From Octopus sinensis (taxonomy: Eukaryota), in the NCBI RefSeq assembly GCF_006345805.1, contig NW_021826031.1, positions 1 to 64,000 on the forward strand: a stretch of 64,000 nt of DNA, read 5' to 3'. Below are positions 11,812 to 23,697 of the stretch, in pieces (position 1 is the first letter of the stretch; each line of letters opens with the position of its first letter). The notes beneath the pieces are model-generated. The model saw only the letters and a list, made by a program, of their open reading frames with translations, was not told the DNA's origin and did not search any database. A program made the position numbers and the translations under genes.

Positions 11812-13235
11812 CAGTGGTTCTCAACCTTTTTTTTCCGCGGACCCCTTGTGAGTAAATGAAAAATTTCGCGGACCCCCTACATATTTATTAAGTTTTTTGT
11901 CAAAAAAATTTTATTTATCTAAAAACAAAATTTATTATTAAATCAATAGAGAAAATTAGTGAGAAGGTTGATATTGTTTTTTCGAGGCAATTTTTTAAAT
12001 AAGAGGCTCGGTTGTCGACAAGCAAACCCTGATGTCATCTTCAATATTCAGTCTTGCGCGATGATTATTTTTTATATTGAGAAGTGCTGAGAAGCCATGT
12101 TCGCATAAATATGTTGTCGGGAATATAAGCAACAAATTTAATGCATTTGCGCTTACGGAAGGATAATGCTTATACATTTCGCACCAAAATCTTGATAAGG
12201 CAAGTTTTTCATACAAATCTTTTGCGTTTGAATTATTGATCATGTCAACAAAAGCCTCTTCGATATTTTCATCGACCAAACGTGAATCAACACTGAATGG
12301 TGTACGAATGAATTTCAAATCAATTTCGTTCAATTCTGGAAAGTATTTATTTACTTCTTGTTGAAGATATGTTAAATGCGCATAAATAAGTTCGGTTATT
12401 TTTTTGATTTCAAATGCATGTATATTTACAGATTGTTCTTCAAAAGATTCAAACATAGTAAAATTATTTAGTTTTACTTTTTCTTTCCACAGTGTTAACT
12501 TCATCAAAAAAGCACTAATAATTAATATGAAACAGTTAACAAACTTATTTTATCCACAAAATAAATTATTGTTTCATGTCTTCCCTGAAGCGATTTGTTG
12601 AGTGAATTTATACGAGAGAAGACATCTCTCAAGTAAGCAAGTTTAGATAGTCATGAACTATCCATTAATTTCGAAATAAATTCCGATGATTTGGAATTGT
12701 TTTCGCGAATAAAATATTCAGATAATTCATTCCTCAAAGAAAAAACTCTGGCAAGAATGTTTCCCCGAGATAGCCATCTCACCTCAGTGTGGAATAACAA
12801 AGCCTTTCCATCCTTTTCAAATTCTTCGCAAATAAGTCTGAAAATGCGCGAATTTAAAGCACTCTTTTTAATATAATTTATGATATGTACGACATCATCG
12901 AGAACATATCTTAAATCTGAAGGTAATGTTTTTGCAGCAAGTGCATATCGATGTAGCATACAATGCATATGTTTCGTATCCTGGTTAGCAAGTCTAACTT
13001 GGCCTCTAAAGCCAGAATGAAAGCCAAGCATTGCTGGAGCTCCATCGGTTGTGCAACAACATACATTATTCCAAGATAACCCAACACTGTCAAAAAACAT
13101 AGAAATTGCTTGAAAAATATCTTCTCCTTTAGTGGTAAAACCATCTTACCCCTTCTAAGCTTGCGTTTTAAAATTTTCAATAAACATTGGTTAGCAATTT
13201 TTTTAACGACCACTGTACCATATGAGTACACTCCA
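11812..13235 (-). mobile_element. Buster/SCAND3-ZBED8-like hAT transposon, 3' half, degenerate
   Basis: TIR cagtggttctcaacc at 11812, preceded by aaataacc (central TA). TDGAPAM, HCMLHR, HTEVRWLSRG, KLAYL.DVF, FPTTYLCEHGFS. A conserved Trp is mutated to TGA; 30-nt intron at 12515-12544. Confidence 0.92.
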
Positions 13236-13778
13236 AGCAGCTCTCTTAAATTCCCTCCGTGTGGGGACCGACACCACAGTGCCTTGAAAATCTCAATACT
13301 ACTTCCCCTTATTGTAGATTATTAACAAATCTCGGCTGATCTGCAACCAAACTGCACTACCGAAAGAGTGGAATCAATTTGTTCACGATTGAATGTAAAC
13401 GACTGGTGGGTGAACGGTTTATTACTGGCACTTAAGTAGGTTTATTAACACAGAATAGAGATTTGTTAGAGAAATGTGGAAAGTTGGTGACTGGTTGAGT
13501 CAGTTCAAAACACCGGACAGTGATATTTTGTTATGACATTCATGAAATAATCCCCTAACCCTACCCTAAACCCTTAAGAAGTACGCTCAGACCTTAAAGG
13601 AAAGGACTACTTGGCGTTTACTTTAGTACTAGTCGTTTTAAATATAGTTTGATCTCAATTTTATTTCAAATTGTGTTTGACTTGTTAAATTTCCTAATAT
13701 TTTGATGAGTTACTTCTATAATCCATTAAATAAGAAATTAAACGTTCTTTTCAAATTAGTAATCGCCAATTTAATGTA

Positions 13779-14383
13779 TTAAAGCAACTTATTAATATTT
13801 TCTTCGAACGTCTACTAAATGTATTATACACATCAACTAATGGATAATCTGTAGGCCCGAATCGAGCAACCGGGACACCGTCAGAATCAGTTAAGAACTT
13901 AGTAAAGTTCCATTTAATAGCACTGAGTGGAATATACATATAACGTACTTGACAATTGTACCTTCAAGTTTATTTTTTAGGAGTTTGAAGAGCGGATGAG
14001 TTGAGTTTCCATTGACATTTACTTTCGCGAATAATTCATAATTTTTACACTCTCCCAAAAAGTTTTTTACGAAACTCTTTGTTTCTTCAATTTCAGAAAA
14101 TTCCTAAAATTTTTTAAAGATGGAAACTTGATTCAAGAATTGGCCGCTTGGAAATAGAAGAAGCTTGAAATTTTTTTCTGCAAGTTTGTCGATAAGAATC
14201 CTAAATTCTTGGAGATTTCTCTTTGCGAGGCCACATTTGCATGCGATGTTAACAACAAGACAAATGTTGCCACTTTCATTAAATTAATAAAAATAACTTA
14301 AATTTCGATAGTGGTACTTCCTTTCCTTCGCAGTTAGTTGTTGAGAATTGAAAAATACTTCCTTCTTTAATATATGAGGACAT
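13779..14383 (-). CDS. Cys-type (non-selenium) glutathione/thioredoxin peroxidase, 5 exons
   Basis: Spliced MSSYIKEGSIFQFSTTNCEGKEVPLSKFNGNICLVVNIACKCG...FPSGQFLNQE...FAKVNVNG..THPLFKLLK..AIKWNFTKFL..DG.PVARFGPT..INKLL*; GT-AG introns of about 24-26 nt. Confidence 0.92.
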
Positions 14384-15230
14384 TTTTGCAATTTTGTTCG
14401 TCAGGAACGACTAATTAAATATAAGACCATTACCACCAAGCGAGCTATGTGAGTCGTAACAATGTTTTGTTAATTTTTTAAACTAAGATAATTTTAATAA
14501 AACAAAGTTAAAAAAACGCTTTTCAGATATTCAGACGAATCCCAAAGAATTTTCAATTTTTACGTCTTCTTTTACAGTATCTAAAGAAAGTTGGAGAGGA
14601 GTCCCCCTGAAGAATTTCCGCCAAAATAGCAAGCAAGGAGGCGTTTTCCTTGGAGGCATTACTCTATCTGACTTTGCACACGGGGCATACTTCTTCTCTT
14701 GTCCAGAGAAATGATTGACACTGTTCTTTCTTATTATAATGAACAGATATTATTTGGGGTATCTGGGATGCTCATTTTATTCGATGTAGCAATTGCACTG
14801 GGCATCTCTAATCTACGCCTAATCGTACGAAGAATTGAACGAGCCCACAGACCAAAATTACTGCCGTGCTTAAAAATGTATGGTTCCGGAGCAGTGGCTG
14901 AACTTGTAAGACTACTGGTTGCCTTTTAGACGAAGAATGTCCGAAATAGCAGAGTGTTTGTCTCTTTAGTAGTCGACACATCTGGAATGCAGGAGCCTGC
15001 CATTCTTAGCCTGCTCCGACTCCTTGGGTCGCTTATAAAGAGGGTGACCGGCGACTTTCTCGAGCACAGTATCTCCCGAGCAAGTCTCTCTGCCTATAGT
15101 CAAAAATAATTCCCCGGCTATTCTCCTAACTCTTTCATTTTGAATTAATATCCAATTAACATAATAAAAATTATTTCATTGTCTAATAGTTACCAATGTA
15201 AATCTTACGGAGTTTTCCCTGTGGCTTATA

Positions 15231-15801
15231 CAGTCAAACCTCTAAATCACGCCATTTTTTGGGATCGACCAAATCTTGGCGAAATTTAATTATTTAAAAT
15301 TGTAACAAAGTTAATAAATTCTTAAATTGTTTGAAAATTTGAAGATCACGATTCCATGAAAGAAGCCATTCGTTAAAATTTTTGCTAATGATCCACGACT
15401 TTTTAGAATTTCTATAATCAATATATTTTTCCACATTAAAATTCTTAAAGCGTCTAGGTTTCTTGAACTTTCCAATTAACAGTGAATTTTTTTATCTGTT
15501 CCAGTCATCACTATCAAGCATTTTTTCTTTCTCAAGCGTGAAATTATTTATTGATCTTCTTAAAATTTTTTTTCTTACGATTAAAGAAAAAACAGAAGCT
15601 ATATTTTCCATTGTCGTGGTTAAAATGATTTTATATTAAATGTTAGTTTAACCAAAAAAATTTTTTTAATAATGCAAAATAGTGGCGAGATTTGGAATTT
15701 GGCGAGAAATAGAGGTTTCTTTAAAAATTTTCAATTTTTTTAAAGTGTGGGGAACAATAGAGGTGGCGAGCAATAGAGGTAGAGCAATAGAGGTTTGACT
15801 G
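15231..15801 (-). mobile_element. Internally deleted pogo/Tigger element, copy 2 (perfect TIRs)
   Basis: ta|cagtcaaacctcta ... tagaggtttgactg|ta. Confidence 0.9.
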
Positions 15802-15949
15802 TACATGGGAATAATTATCTTGAATTTAGGGAATTCTATTTTTGTTTAGAATCCTAAAGACAAGTTCTCTCTTTGCAACTCCCATTTCAACAAAATGTGA
15901 TCAGGTGCTCAATAGTGATTATTTGCGGTGGCGAAATTAAGTCGTCAGC

Positions 15950-16940
15950 TGCATTCATATAGATCTTTGTAGATAATATGCCATTAAATAATCAGAGTCG
16001 GGACACACTTTGTGCAATCTACAGTAGCTAATGAATTTGTAAAATACGTGAGGGCACGACAATAAATATTGGCATCATTGTCCAAAGTAATAAGGCTGAT
16101 ATCTTTGTTCTGAATAAGACAAATAACTATAATTTTAATTCACGTTGGGATCGCTTTTCAAAAATTATTGAGAAAATTGAAGTCAAAGAGAAGCATAAAT
16201 ACGACCTGTGAATTAGTATGATTGACAAAGCTAAAGTGAATGTCGTACCTTTTCGACTAACTTGGTATTCTAAGCAATTTCTACAAATTTCACGAAAATA
16301 ATTTTAAAGTAGATGACCCAATCAAGGTGTATTTTCAAATCGCTGTAATAATGAAGACTCTAGAAAATATGAGATTTAAATACATAAATAGATAGATTGA
16401 CAAAGATGACTGTCACCAGATCCAGGTCAAAAATTAGACAATCGCAGAAGAACGCTCTAAAAGAGAACACGAGAGAAATAATGTGAAACTGATAAGTGGG
16501 TGGGAAATTGAATTCATTCTCAGGAAGTCCAAAGACATTGGAAGAAGGAAATAGATATCTACGGTGAGCTTTTAAAAACTCATAAAAGAATTGATCATAA
16601 GACACCCGTTTCCGAGTTGTATTGCATTATAGACAGAACTAATGCATTGTATGCACTCTCATAGATATTGGAATCTGCATATCTTAGCCATTTTGACTTT
16701 AATCCTTTGATTACAAACATCGAAAACATTTTTCTATGCAGGAAATGTTCCAGTCGTAAAATAATGATCCGAGTTTTTTGTTCTTCTCCGTTGTTTATCT
16801 GCCAATTGAATTTATCTCGACAGATGTGAGCTCCATCTTTTGTTCGTTCACTTTTTGAAACCATTTCGCGCATACTCCACTAGCAGCACTTTCCTAATCT
16901 TCTTGATGTCTTCCGAAACATTCTGGACAATGCGTGGCAC
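15950..16940 (-). CDS. Unidentified multi-exon gene; its 3' end lies in the duplicated block
   Basis: Open stretches at 16595..16873 and 16360..16605 with short GT-AG gaps; no family recognised. Confidence 0.35.
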
Positions 16941-17026
16941 TAATGGAATTATAGTTTATATGATTCTGTGTCGTGGCATAATAATATAATTTTATTTATT
17001 AATTTGTGTTGATGTAGTATGAATCG

Positions 17027-17446
17027 GTGACGCTAATTGTATGTTATCAGTATTATAGAAAAACCAAATGGAAACTAAAAAATCTATTAAAATATATTGA
17101 TTTAATTACACAGCTGTATGATTTGAGAAGGATTGCGCACCCAGTTGATATTTCGAGTTTATTTGATATGGAAATGATGGAAATATCTCGACTTGTACAG
17201 TCCAGAATTATTAAACAAATACCAAAAGTGAGCCCCAAATTGTGTAATGAAACTTCTGATGATTCACTTTCTGAAAATTCAGAAAAAAAATTGCTTATAA
17301 TGTATAGAGTGGCTATATGTTTAGAGATCAATGGTCCAAGTTTTGTGCAGCTAACTCTGAGAAAGGAGCCACGTTCGTTGACGATGAATTTTTTGAATCT
17401 CTTAATTCAACCAATCCGTCAAGTGTCCTCTGGGCTCGCTATTTAA
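17027..17446 (+). CDS. Hypothetical 139-aa ORF
   Basis: Open frame in AT-rich DNA; no recognisable motif. Confidence 0.3.
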   Translation: MTLIVCYQYYRKTKWKLKNLLKYIDLITQLYDLRRIAHPVDISSLFDMEMMEISRLVQSRIIKQIPKVSPKLCNETSDDSLSENSEKKLLIMYRVAICLEINGPSFVQLTLRKEPRSLTMNFLNLLIQPIRQVSSGLAI

Positions 17447-17797
17447 ACAATTGACATTTTTAATTGTTTTCCATGTTACCACAATTTTTTTTATTATTTT
17501 AATTGCATTAATCAACAAATGCCACAAGCTTATTTCAATTGATTAAGTCATGCGAAACGTGGATACTCTTTGTATGACGTAGGAAACTTGAATCGACTTT
17601 GTACTCTATTAAGCGAAGAGTATTGAGTACTTATTTTTAGATTAAAAAATGGAATTAGTGCGTAAATTCGATATTATATAAAATAATATTAAAAGTTTTA
17701 TTTTTGAATATTTAATATTATTGTTAATAAATATTTAATTTATTTTGTTTTAATCATAATATAGGACAAATACGCATACAAAGTTAAATCACTAAGC

Positions 17798-20424
17798 ATG
17801 CTAAAAATGAAATCAGGACAATTTCAATTCAACGTGCCTGATGAAGAGCTTTGTATCTTAATTTATTATTTCAGTCGATATTTATTTTGATCAGTTCAGA
17901 AAAGGAATTGAAATATTTTTGGCAAAAAAGAAGAAATTCTCCGAAAAAATTATTTATTTATCAAAAGACGATTCACTCATTGTGTGCTCGAAACTGGAAA
18001 AGAATAAAACAGCCAGTTGAAAATTAAAAATATAAATGTTAGAACATTTCAGCGTGAGATCAATCGTTCAGATACGTGAAGGAATAACTACAGAAAAACT
18101 TATAAAACTTAAAGGAAAGACGTTTGTCGATGTTTTATTGAATAATACAATGTTAAAGGAAAAAAGATGTCTCTCAATAATATTCCGTAATGGGACTTCT
18201 CTCAACTTCATGGTTATGGGATCTTGGGAGGATCAAGTCAAGATACTTAAATCCCTACAATATATCATCAAAATGAGTGAAAAGTCAGAAAAAAACTTTA
18301 ATTTCAACCGGTATGTTGTATAATGAATGACCTGTTCTAGTTTAGTCAAGCGACAGTTTGCTCTGGCAGACAAGAACAATGACGGAAGACTGTCATTGAA
18401 GGAAATCACAATTCTACTCAGGGAGCTCAACACCAAAATAAGCTCTTCAAAAGTGAAACAACTTTTTGATGTAATATATACTCTAATTCCGTCAAGCAAT
18501 CAAAACTAGACAATAGTGTGGATGGAATGAGTCAGGAGGAGTTCTCCCACTTTTATGGCCTAATCAACGATCGAGAGGAAATTCGATTATATTTTAATAA
18601 TTATGCACAAAACTACGACGGAAAGCTGCTTTTATCCCCTCAGGACCTCCAAACCTTTTTGCATAGAAACCAGCACGAGGAGCGGCCCATTGTGTATTGC
18701 AGGAACTTGGTGAGTTTATTTTCTGATACATATGAGAACTATCTTACAATGCAAGGTATTATATTGATATATATTGCAGATTTCACAAGCTATTTGACTA
18801 GTAATTTCAACGAGCCCACCGACCACCAAATACAAGACAACATGGACTGTCCTTTACATGAATATTACATTGCCACGTCCCACAACACGTGGATCATTTG
18901 AATGATGATGTTAGATACTTGATGGAACATCAACTACACGGGAAGAGCAGTGTCGAGGGGTACATTCAGAGTCTTTCTCAGGGATGTCGATGTGTTGAGT
19001 GTATTCCATGTCCACATCATTAGTGGATTGCTATGACGGGTTTAGGGAACCACAGATCACTCACGGGGGCACTCTCACAGGCAAAATATCATTCAGGAGT
19101 GTCGTGGAGGCTATTAATAATTATGCTTTCGTTTCCTCTGAGTTCGCTCTCTATTACTGAGTATAGATATCCGGTTATTCTCTCGATCGAGAATCACTGC
19201 TCTAAAAAAGGAGAAAATCAAATGGCAAATATTTTTAAACATGTTTTTAAAGGTTTATAACTTTTAATCACACGATAACAGATAGACTCTATGTACCGAA
19301 TCCTAACATCAGCGATATGCCATCACCACAAGAATTAAAACTAAAATTTATTATAAAAGTATTCTAATTATATTTATAGATAGAATAAAAAATCAATTAT
19401 TTCAAAAAAATGTTGTTCGATGATTAATAAAAGATGCTCTGATTCAGTATTAATATTTACATTACCAAATAGTCGGATGGAGAGTGTCCACTGAACGAAC
19501 AGAAAAACAATAAGTCGTTGTCGTCGCAGAATGAATGTACGGACGCCTTATTTAACCTCGTTGGGTTAGTCAGTTCAAGGTTTGAAGGATTCCAAGAAAC
19601 ATGTTTTGTAATTGTTATCAAAAATAGATACTTCAAGAAAAATTTATTCCTTTTCCGAAAGTGTAGCCAAAAAATTAATTTTGGAAAGTCCAGTCGAATT
19701 TGCCAAATTGTGTCGTTCTGTTTTTGTAAAAGTCTACCCCAAAGGAGCTCGAGCAATTACGAGTTCAAATTTGAATCCCGCGCAATTTTGGGCTATGGGA
19801 GCTTCTGTGGGTTAGTCATCCTTTTGAATCTTGAAGTGGCTATTAATTACCAATATCCCGGTGATTCAACACAGTTTAACGAGGCACTGTTTCCGGGGAA
19901 CTTGGGGTACGTCCTTAAACCCGCATTTCTGAGAAATTCTGGTTTTTATTTGAAGCCCCAAATTGTAGAGACAACGAAACAAATTCCTCGGGAATTCCGC
20001 GTGAAAATAATAAGCGGGGTAGAAATACCAAATTGTGAGTCCAAATCAAATGATATTGTTGACCCGTTTGTAATGGTGACAATTTATGGAAGTGATAGCA
20101 CCCCCACCGATCTTTCTACTCACACAATAAGCGACAACGGTTTCACTAGTAATGAGTAAAGACGTCAGGCTTCAATCCCGTTTGGAATAAGGAGTTCTTT
20201 TTCCAAATAAAGACTCCTGAGACTGCATTTGTCAAGTTTTGTGTTATGGATTCTGATTTGATTGGCAATCCCAACTTTATTGGGCAAAGGATATTTCGAA
20301 TTATTAATATGAGGAAAGGTATATTTTGTTTTAGCACCCCGCAGGAGTCCGGGCCGTCCACTTGAGGAATAAGGAGGGTCTTTCTGTTGGGAGGGCCTGT
20401 ATCCTCATTGATGTTGATTTTTAA
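17798..20424 (+). CDS. Phosphoinositide phospholipase C, delta-like architecture (PH-EF-X-Y-C2)
   Basis: EF-hand DKNNDGRLS; X box YYIATSHNT..GCRCVE.DCYDG..ITHGGTL..PVILSIENHC; Y box KVYPKGA..SSNLNP..W.MG..VAINYQ..GYVLKP; C2 DPFVMVTI..NPVWN. Many introns of about 23-27 nt. Confidence 0.95.
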
Positions 20425-20702
20425 CAACCTATAATACTATCATCACTTTATCTTAATTTGTTTATTTTGGAGAATATTATTTTTAGTCCTTTTTGTGTCG
20501 ATTAGAACTATTTTGTGAATAGTCATACTTGATCATGGAAAAAGTGACTCAATTTAAATTCTTCCGTACCAGCTTTCTTATCGGACTTGATCTGACAGTT
20601 TTAAATTATAAACTATAATTTTAATAAATTTTATTGAAAAAAATACATTTATAAAACCTATTTTAGAAATTTAATATAAAATTTTTTTAATTGGATTTAA
20701 AT

Positions 20703-21335
20703 ATGCCGATGTTAAGAAAAAAGGGTACTTTTAGATTGTGGGAGTTCATTTTGGCAATTTTGAAGGATCAGAGATATATAAACATAATTTACTGGAGTGG
20801 TGAGAGAGAATTTACATTTTTGGATGCTGAAATGGTTGCCCAATTTTGGGGACTTCAGAAGAAAAAAAAGCAAATGAACTACAAAAAACTCAGTCGTTCT
20901 CTCAGGCATTACTACCGGAAAAATATTATGATTAAAGTTCCAGGAAGAAATTTTGTCTACAGATTTCATCCTCAAGCAAACATTAAACTCAATCTCAATG
21001 ATTACAATAAACTAGTTGAATTCCAAGATTTGTCAAACACATTTTATTGTCTTAAATCAGAAAATTCGGAGATATCTCCAAACGACGAAAATAATTATAA
21101 AACTGAAAAGCCGTCCAAATTTCTGTCTTTAATAAAAACATGTCAATTTTTACCATCTTCAGCTGAGTCACTAAATTTCAACAAATCCAAAAATTCTTTT
21201 AATGATTTTCTAATACTTCCCTGGTGTCCTTCTTTACCTAATCTTGATTTTCCGTTTTCTGTTTCTCCGTTTACACCCAGTCCACTATTGCTTTCTTCTG
21301 TTTTCCGATTCGACGTGGTACAGTTTACAAATTAG
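20703..21335 (+). CDS. ETS-domain transcription factor (N-terminal ETS, single exon)
   Basis: LWEFILAIL..IIYW..F..AEMVAQFWG..K..MNYKKLSRSLRHYY..KVPG..VYRF. Confidence 0.93.
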   Translation: MPMLRKKGTFRLWEFILAILKDQRYINIIYWSGEREFTFLDAEMVAQFWGLQKKKKQMNYKKLSRSLRHYYRKNIMIKVPGRNFVYRFHPQANIKLNLNDYNKLVEFQDLSNTFYCLKSENSEISPNDENNYKTEKPSKFLSLIKTCQFLPSSAESLNFNKSKNSFNDFLILPWCPSLPNLDFPFSVSPFTPSPLLLSSVFRFDVVQFTN

Positions 21336-21618
21336 TGGAATAACTATCTTAATAATAAAACAATTTTAATTAATACATAATCAGATAATAATTGTGGTTT
21401 ACTGCGGTTTTAAGAAACATAAATATATGATTTATCAGTTTATTGTGGCTAAAACAAATTTGAGCTCCAGACAAATTTAGTTAAAACGATTTCATCTTGT
21501 ATAAAATAAGTACTTCTTTAATTTCTAAAACTATTTAATTTTGAGAGAATGGTAATAAATAAAATTAATTATGATGTACCTTTTTATTTCTACCCAACTT
21601 TAAAAATCGTTTTGTTTT

Positions 21619-21909
21619 TTAATTCGACGAAATTTTAGATATTCTGTATGCCTTCTGAATTTCGTTATCAGCATAAACACATTGCTGGAAAATATTTTTT
21701 AAACAGCGTAGTTCTTGCATAGATATTTTTACAATAAGATTATTTGATAACTGGCAGGAAGCACACTCGAGGAATATGTTTTTATATCGGAATAACAGAT
21801 CATACAATGATGTCTTGAGACTCGACAAATACATGATAGCATTTATGCCAGTGTTATACAAAATTAAACCAAATTTATAATTCCAATCAGTTCCGATCTC
21901 TATATCCAT
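21619..21909 (-). CDS. Hypothetical protein (possibly the last exon of a larger gene)
   Basis: 96-aa ORF; no motif recognised. Confidence 0.25.
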   Translation of the reverse strand: MDIEIGTDWNYKFGLILYNTGINAIMYLSSLKTSLYDLLFRYKNIFLECASCQLSNNLIVKISMQELRCLKNIFQQCVYADNEIQKAYRISKISSN

Positions 21910-22546
21910 TATCTATTTTGTCATGACAATAGTCTCCGAATTCGTATTTCAGCAACTATTCACTTTCAGAAGGACTTCGGCTGAAGGTTACATGGATCCA
22001 ATATGCTCCCAGATTGACGAGTGATGCCGTCATCAGTGTTATCACTGCGGAACCGGATGTCTTAATCGGCCACACAACAAAAATGGGGAGGACAAGATAG
22101 AGCAGAAGAGACACGTGACTTGGTTTGGATTAGTTAGTTCCTTGGTAACATGTTTTCTTTTTGGCTTGTTCTTTCTATAAAAAGTGTGGTCGGACTGAGT
22201 GAGATGGGCAATATGTCAACATGTCGTTTACATTTGCGGCAGGGCTATTTACGATTTTTTACGAAGGATAGAAAGGAAATTTTTCAAGTTTACGGCACAG
22301 TTCTTTATGTTCTTATAAGCTAGTTCGGCAGAATCACAGCATTTGAATTTGTGCCTGAGACAGTTTTTTCTTAGAGAAAACTTGTTTTTGAAAAAGCATT
22401 TTCTTTAGCATTTCTTTGGTCTCAAGGTGACGATTTCTTGACTTTAATTCTTTGCTGCAAAAAAAGAGAGTGAAAAATTTTTCTCCAAAAAGAATTGTTT
22501 GTGAAATATGTGATCTTATAAAACAGCACCATCAGGGTGGGTCAGA

Positions 22547-22554
22547 TGACGTCA
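22547..22554. promoter_or_regulatory. Palindromic CREB/ATF-type site TGACGTCA about 130 bp upstream of the citrate carrier ATG
   Basis: Exact 8-mer in the upstream intergenic region; function untested. Confidence 0.3.
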
Positions 22555-22682
22555 CGTTTATAAACAAACAAGTATTTGAGAGACTCAAATTCTCAATTCT
22601 TTTAATTTTCATAATACATATTTAAACATAATTTTTATAGTGGTTTTTAATAATAATAAATAGCGACTAGATACTTCAAAAT

Positions 22683-23697
22683 ATGGTTATGTCGCAGTAT
22701 CTACCATCAGAGAAATCGTTAAAGGGAATTGTAGCGGGTTGTTATTTTAGTGTCTGATTTATTTAGGTGGAATAACCGGGGGAATTGAAATATGTATTAC
22801 CTACCCTACCGAGTATATAAAGACACAACTACAACTCGACCAGAAAACCTTCGGCGACCGAAAATACAAAGGAATCATAGACTGTGGGAAGCAAACAGTA
22901 AAAGAATTCGGAGTTCGGGGACTCTACCGCGGACTGCCAATTCTAGTTTACGGCTCAATCCCCAAGTCTGCGACGAGATTCGGGACTTTTGAGGAAATCA
23001 AGAAAAGGAGAATGTCTTCGGACGGGACACTATCCCCACTCAACCGACTATTTTGTGGACTTTGTATGACTGCAGTACAACATTTCAGGCGCGGGTGTCT
23101 CCGAGGCTATTTTTGCAGTGACTCCAATGGAAACAATTAAAGTCAAGTTTATCGACGACCAAACGTCCAAAACACCAAGATTCCGCGGGTTTTTCCACGG
23201 AATTGGGCAAATCGTCAAGTCGGAGGGTTAAATTTGTGATGACGACGCAGGTCTGTGGGGATTGTACAAAGGACTGACCCCCACGATAATGAAGCAGGGA
23301 TCCAATCAGGCAATACGTTTTTACGTCATGGAGAGTCTCAAAGACTGGTACCGCAAATGGCGGGGTGATACGACTCCGAATCAGCCAATTAATAAACTCC
23401 TCATTGGGCTTATGGGTGGACTTGCTGGGACATGTTCGGTCTACGGAAATACTCCCCTCGATGTCATCAAAACACGCATGCAAAGTATAGATTCTCATAA
23501 ATACAAAAATTTTTTTGACTGCTTCACTCAAATTCTCCGCAATGAAGGCATTTTTGCGTTTACAGTGTTTTTTGACGTTCAGGTTTTATAAGGGCACCGT
23601 CCCTCGGCTGAGTCGAGTGGCTCTCGATGTGGGGATCACTTTTATGCTTTATGATACAATTATGGAGTACTTCAACATAATTTGGAAGACTGATTAG
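22683..23697 (+). CDS. SLC25A1: Mitochondrial tricarboxylate (citrate) carrier
   Basis: [71 protein letters not shown]; 4 micro-introns. Confidence 0.96.

Larger units (their letters stand above)
12756..16138 (+). repeat. Segmental duplication, copy 2
   Basis: Near-identical to 1-3375, and retains the intact version at the GPx frame and the pogo TIR. Confidence 0.97.

Noticed and set aside
12655-12665. TGA readthrough or alternative genetic code (TGA at a conserved Trp in the Buster transposase)
   Set aside because: Single case in a decayed element; host genes use TGG for Trp and TGA as a normal stop.
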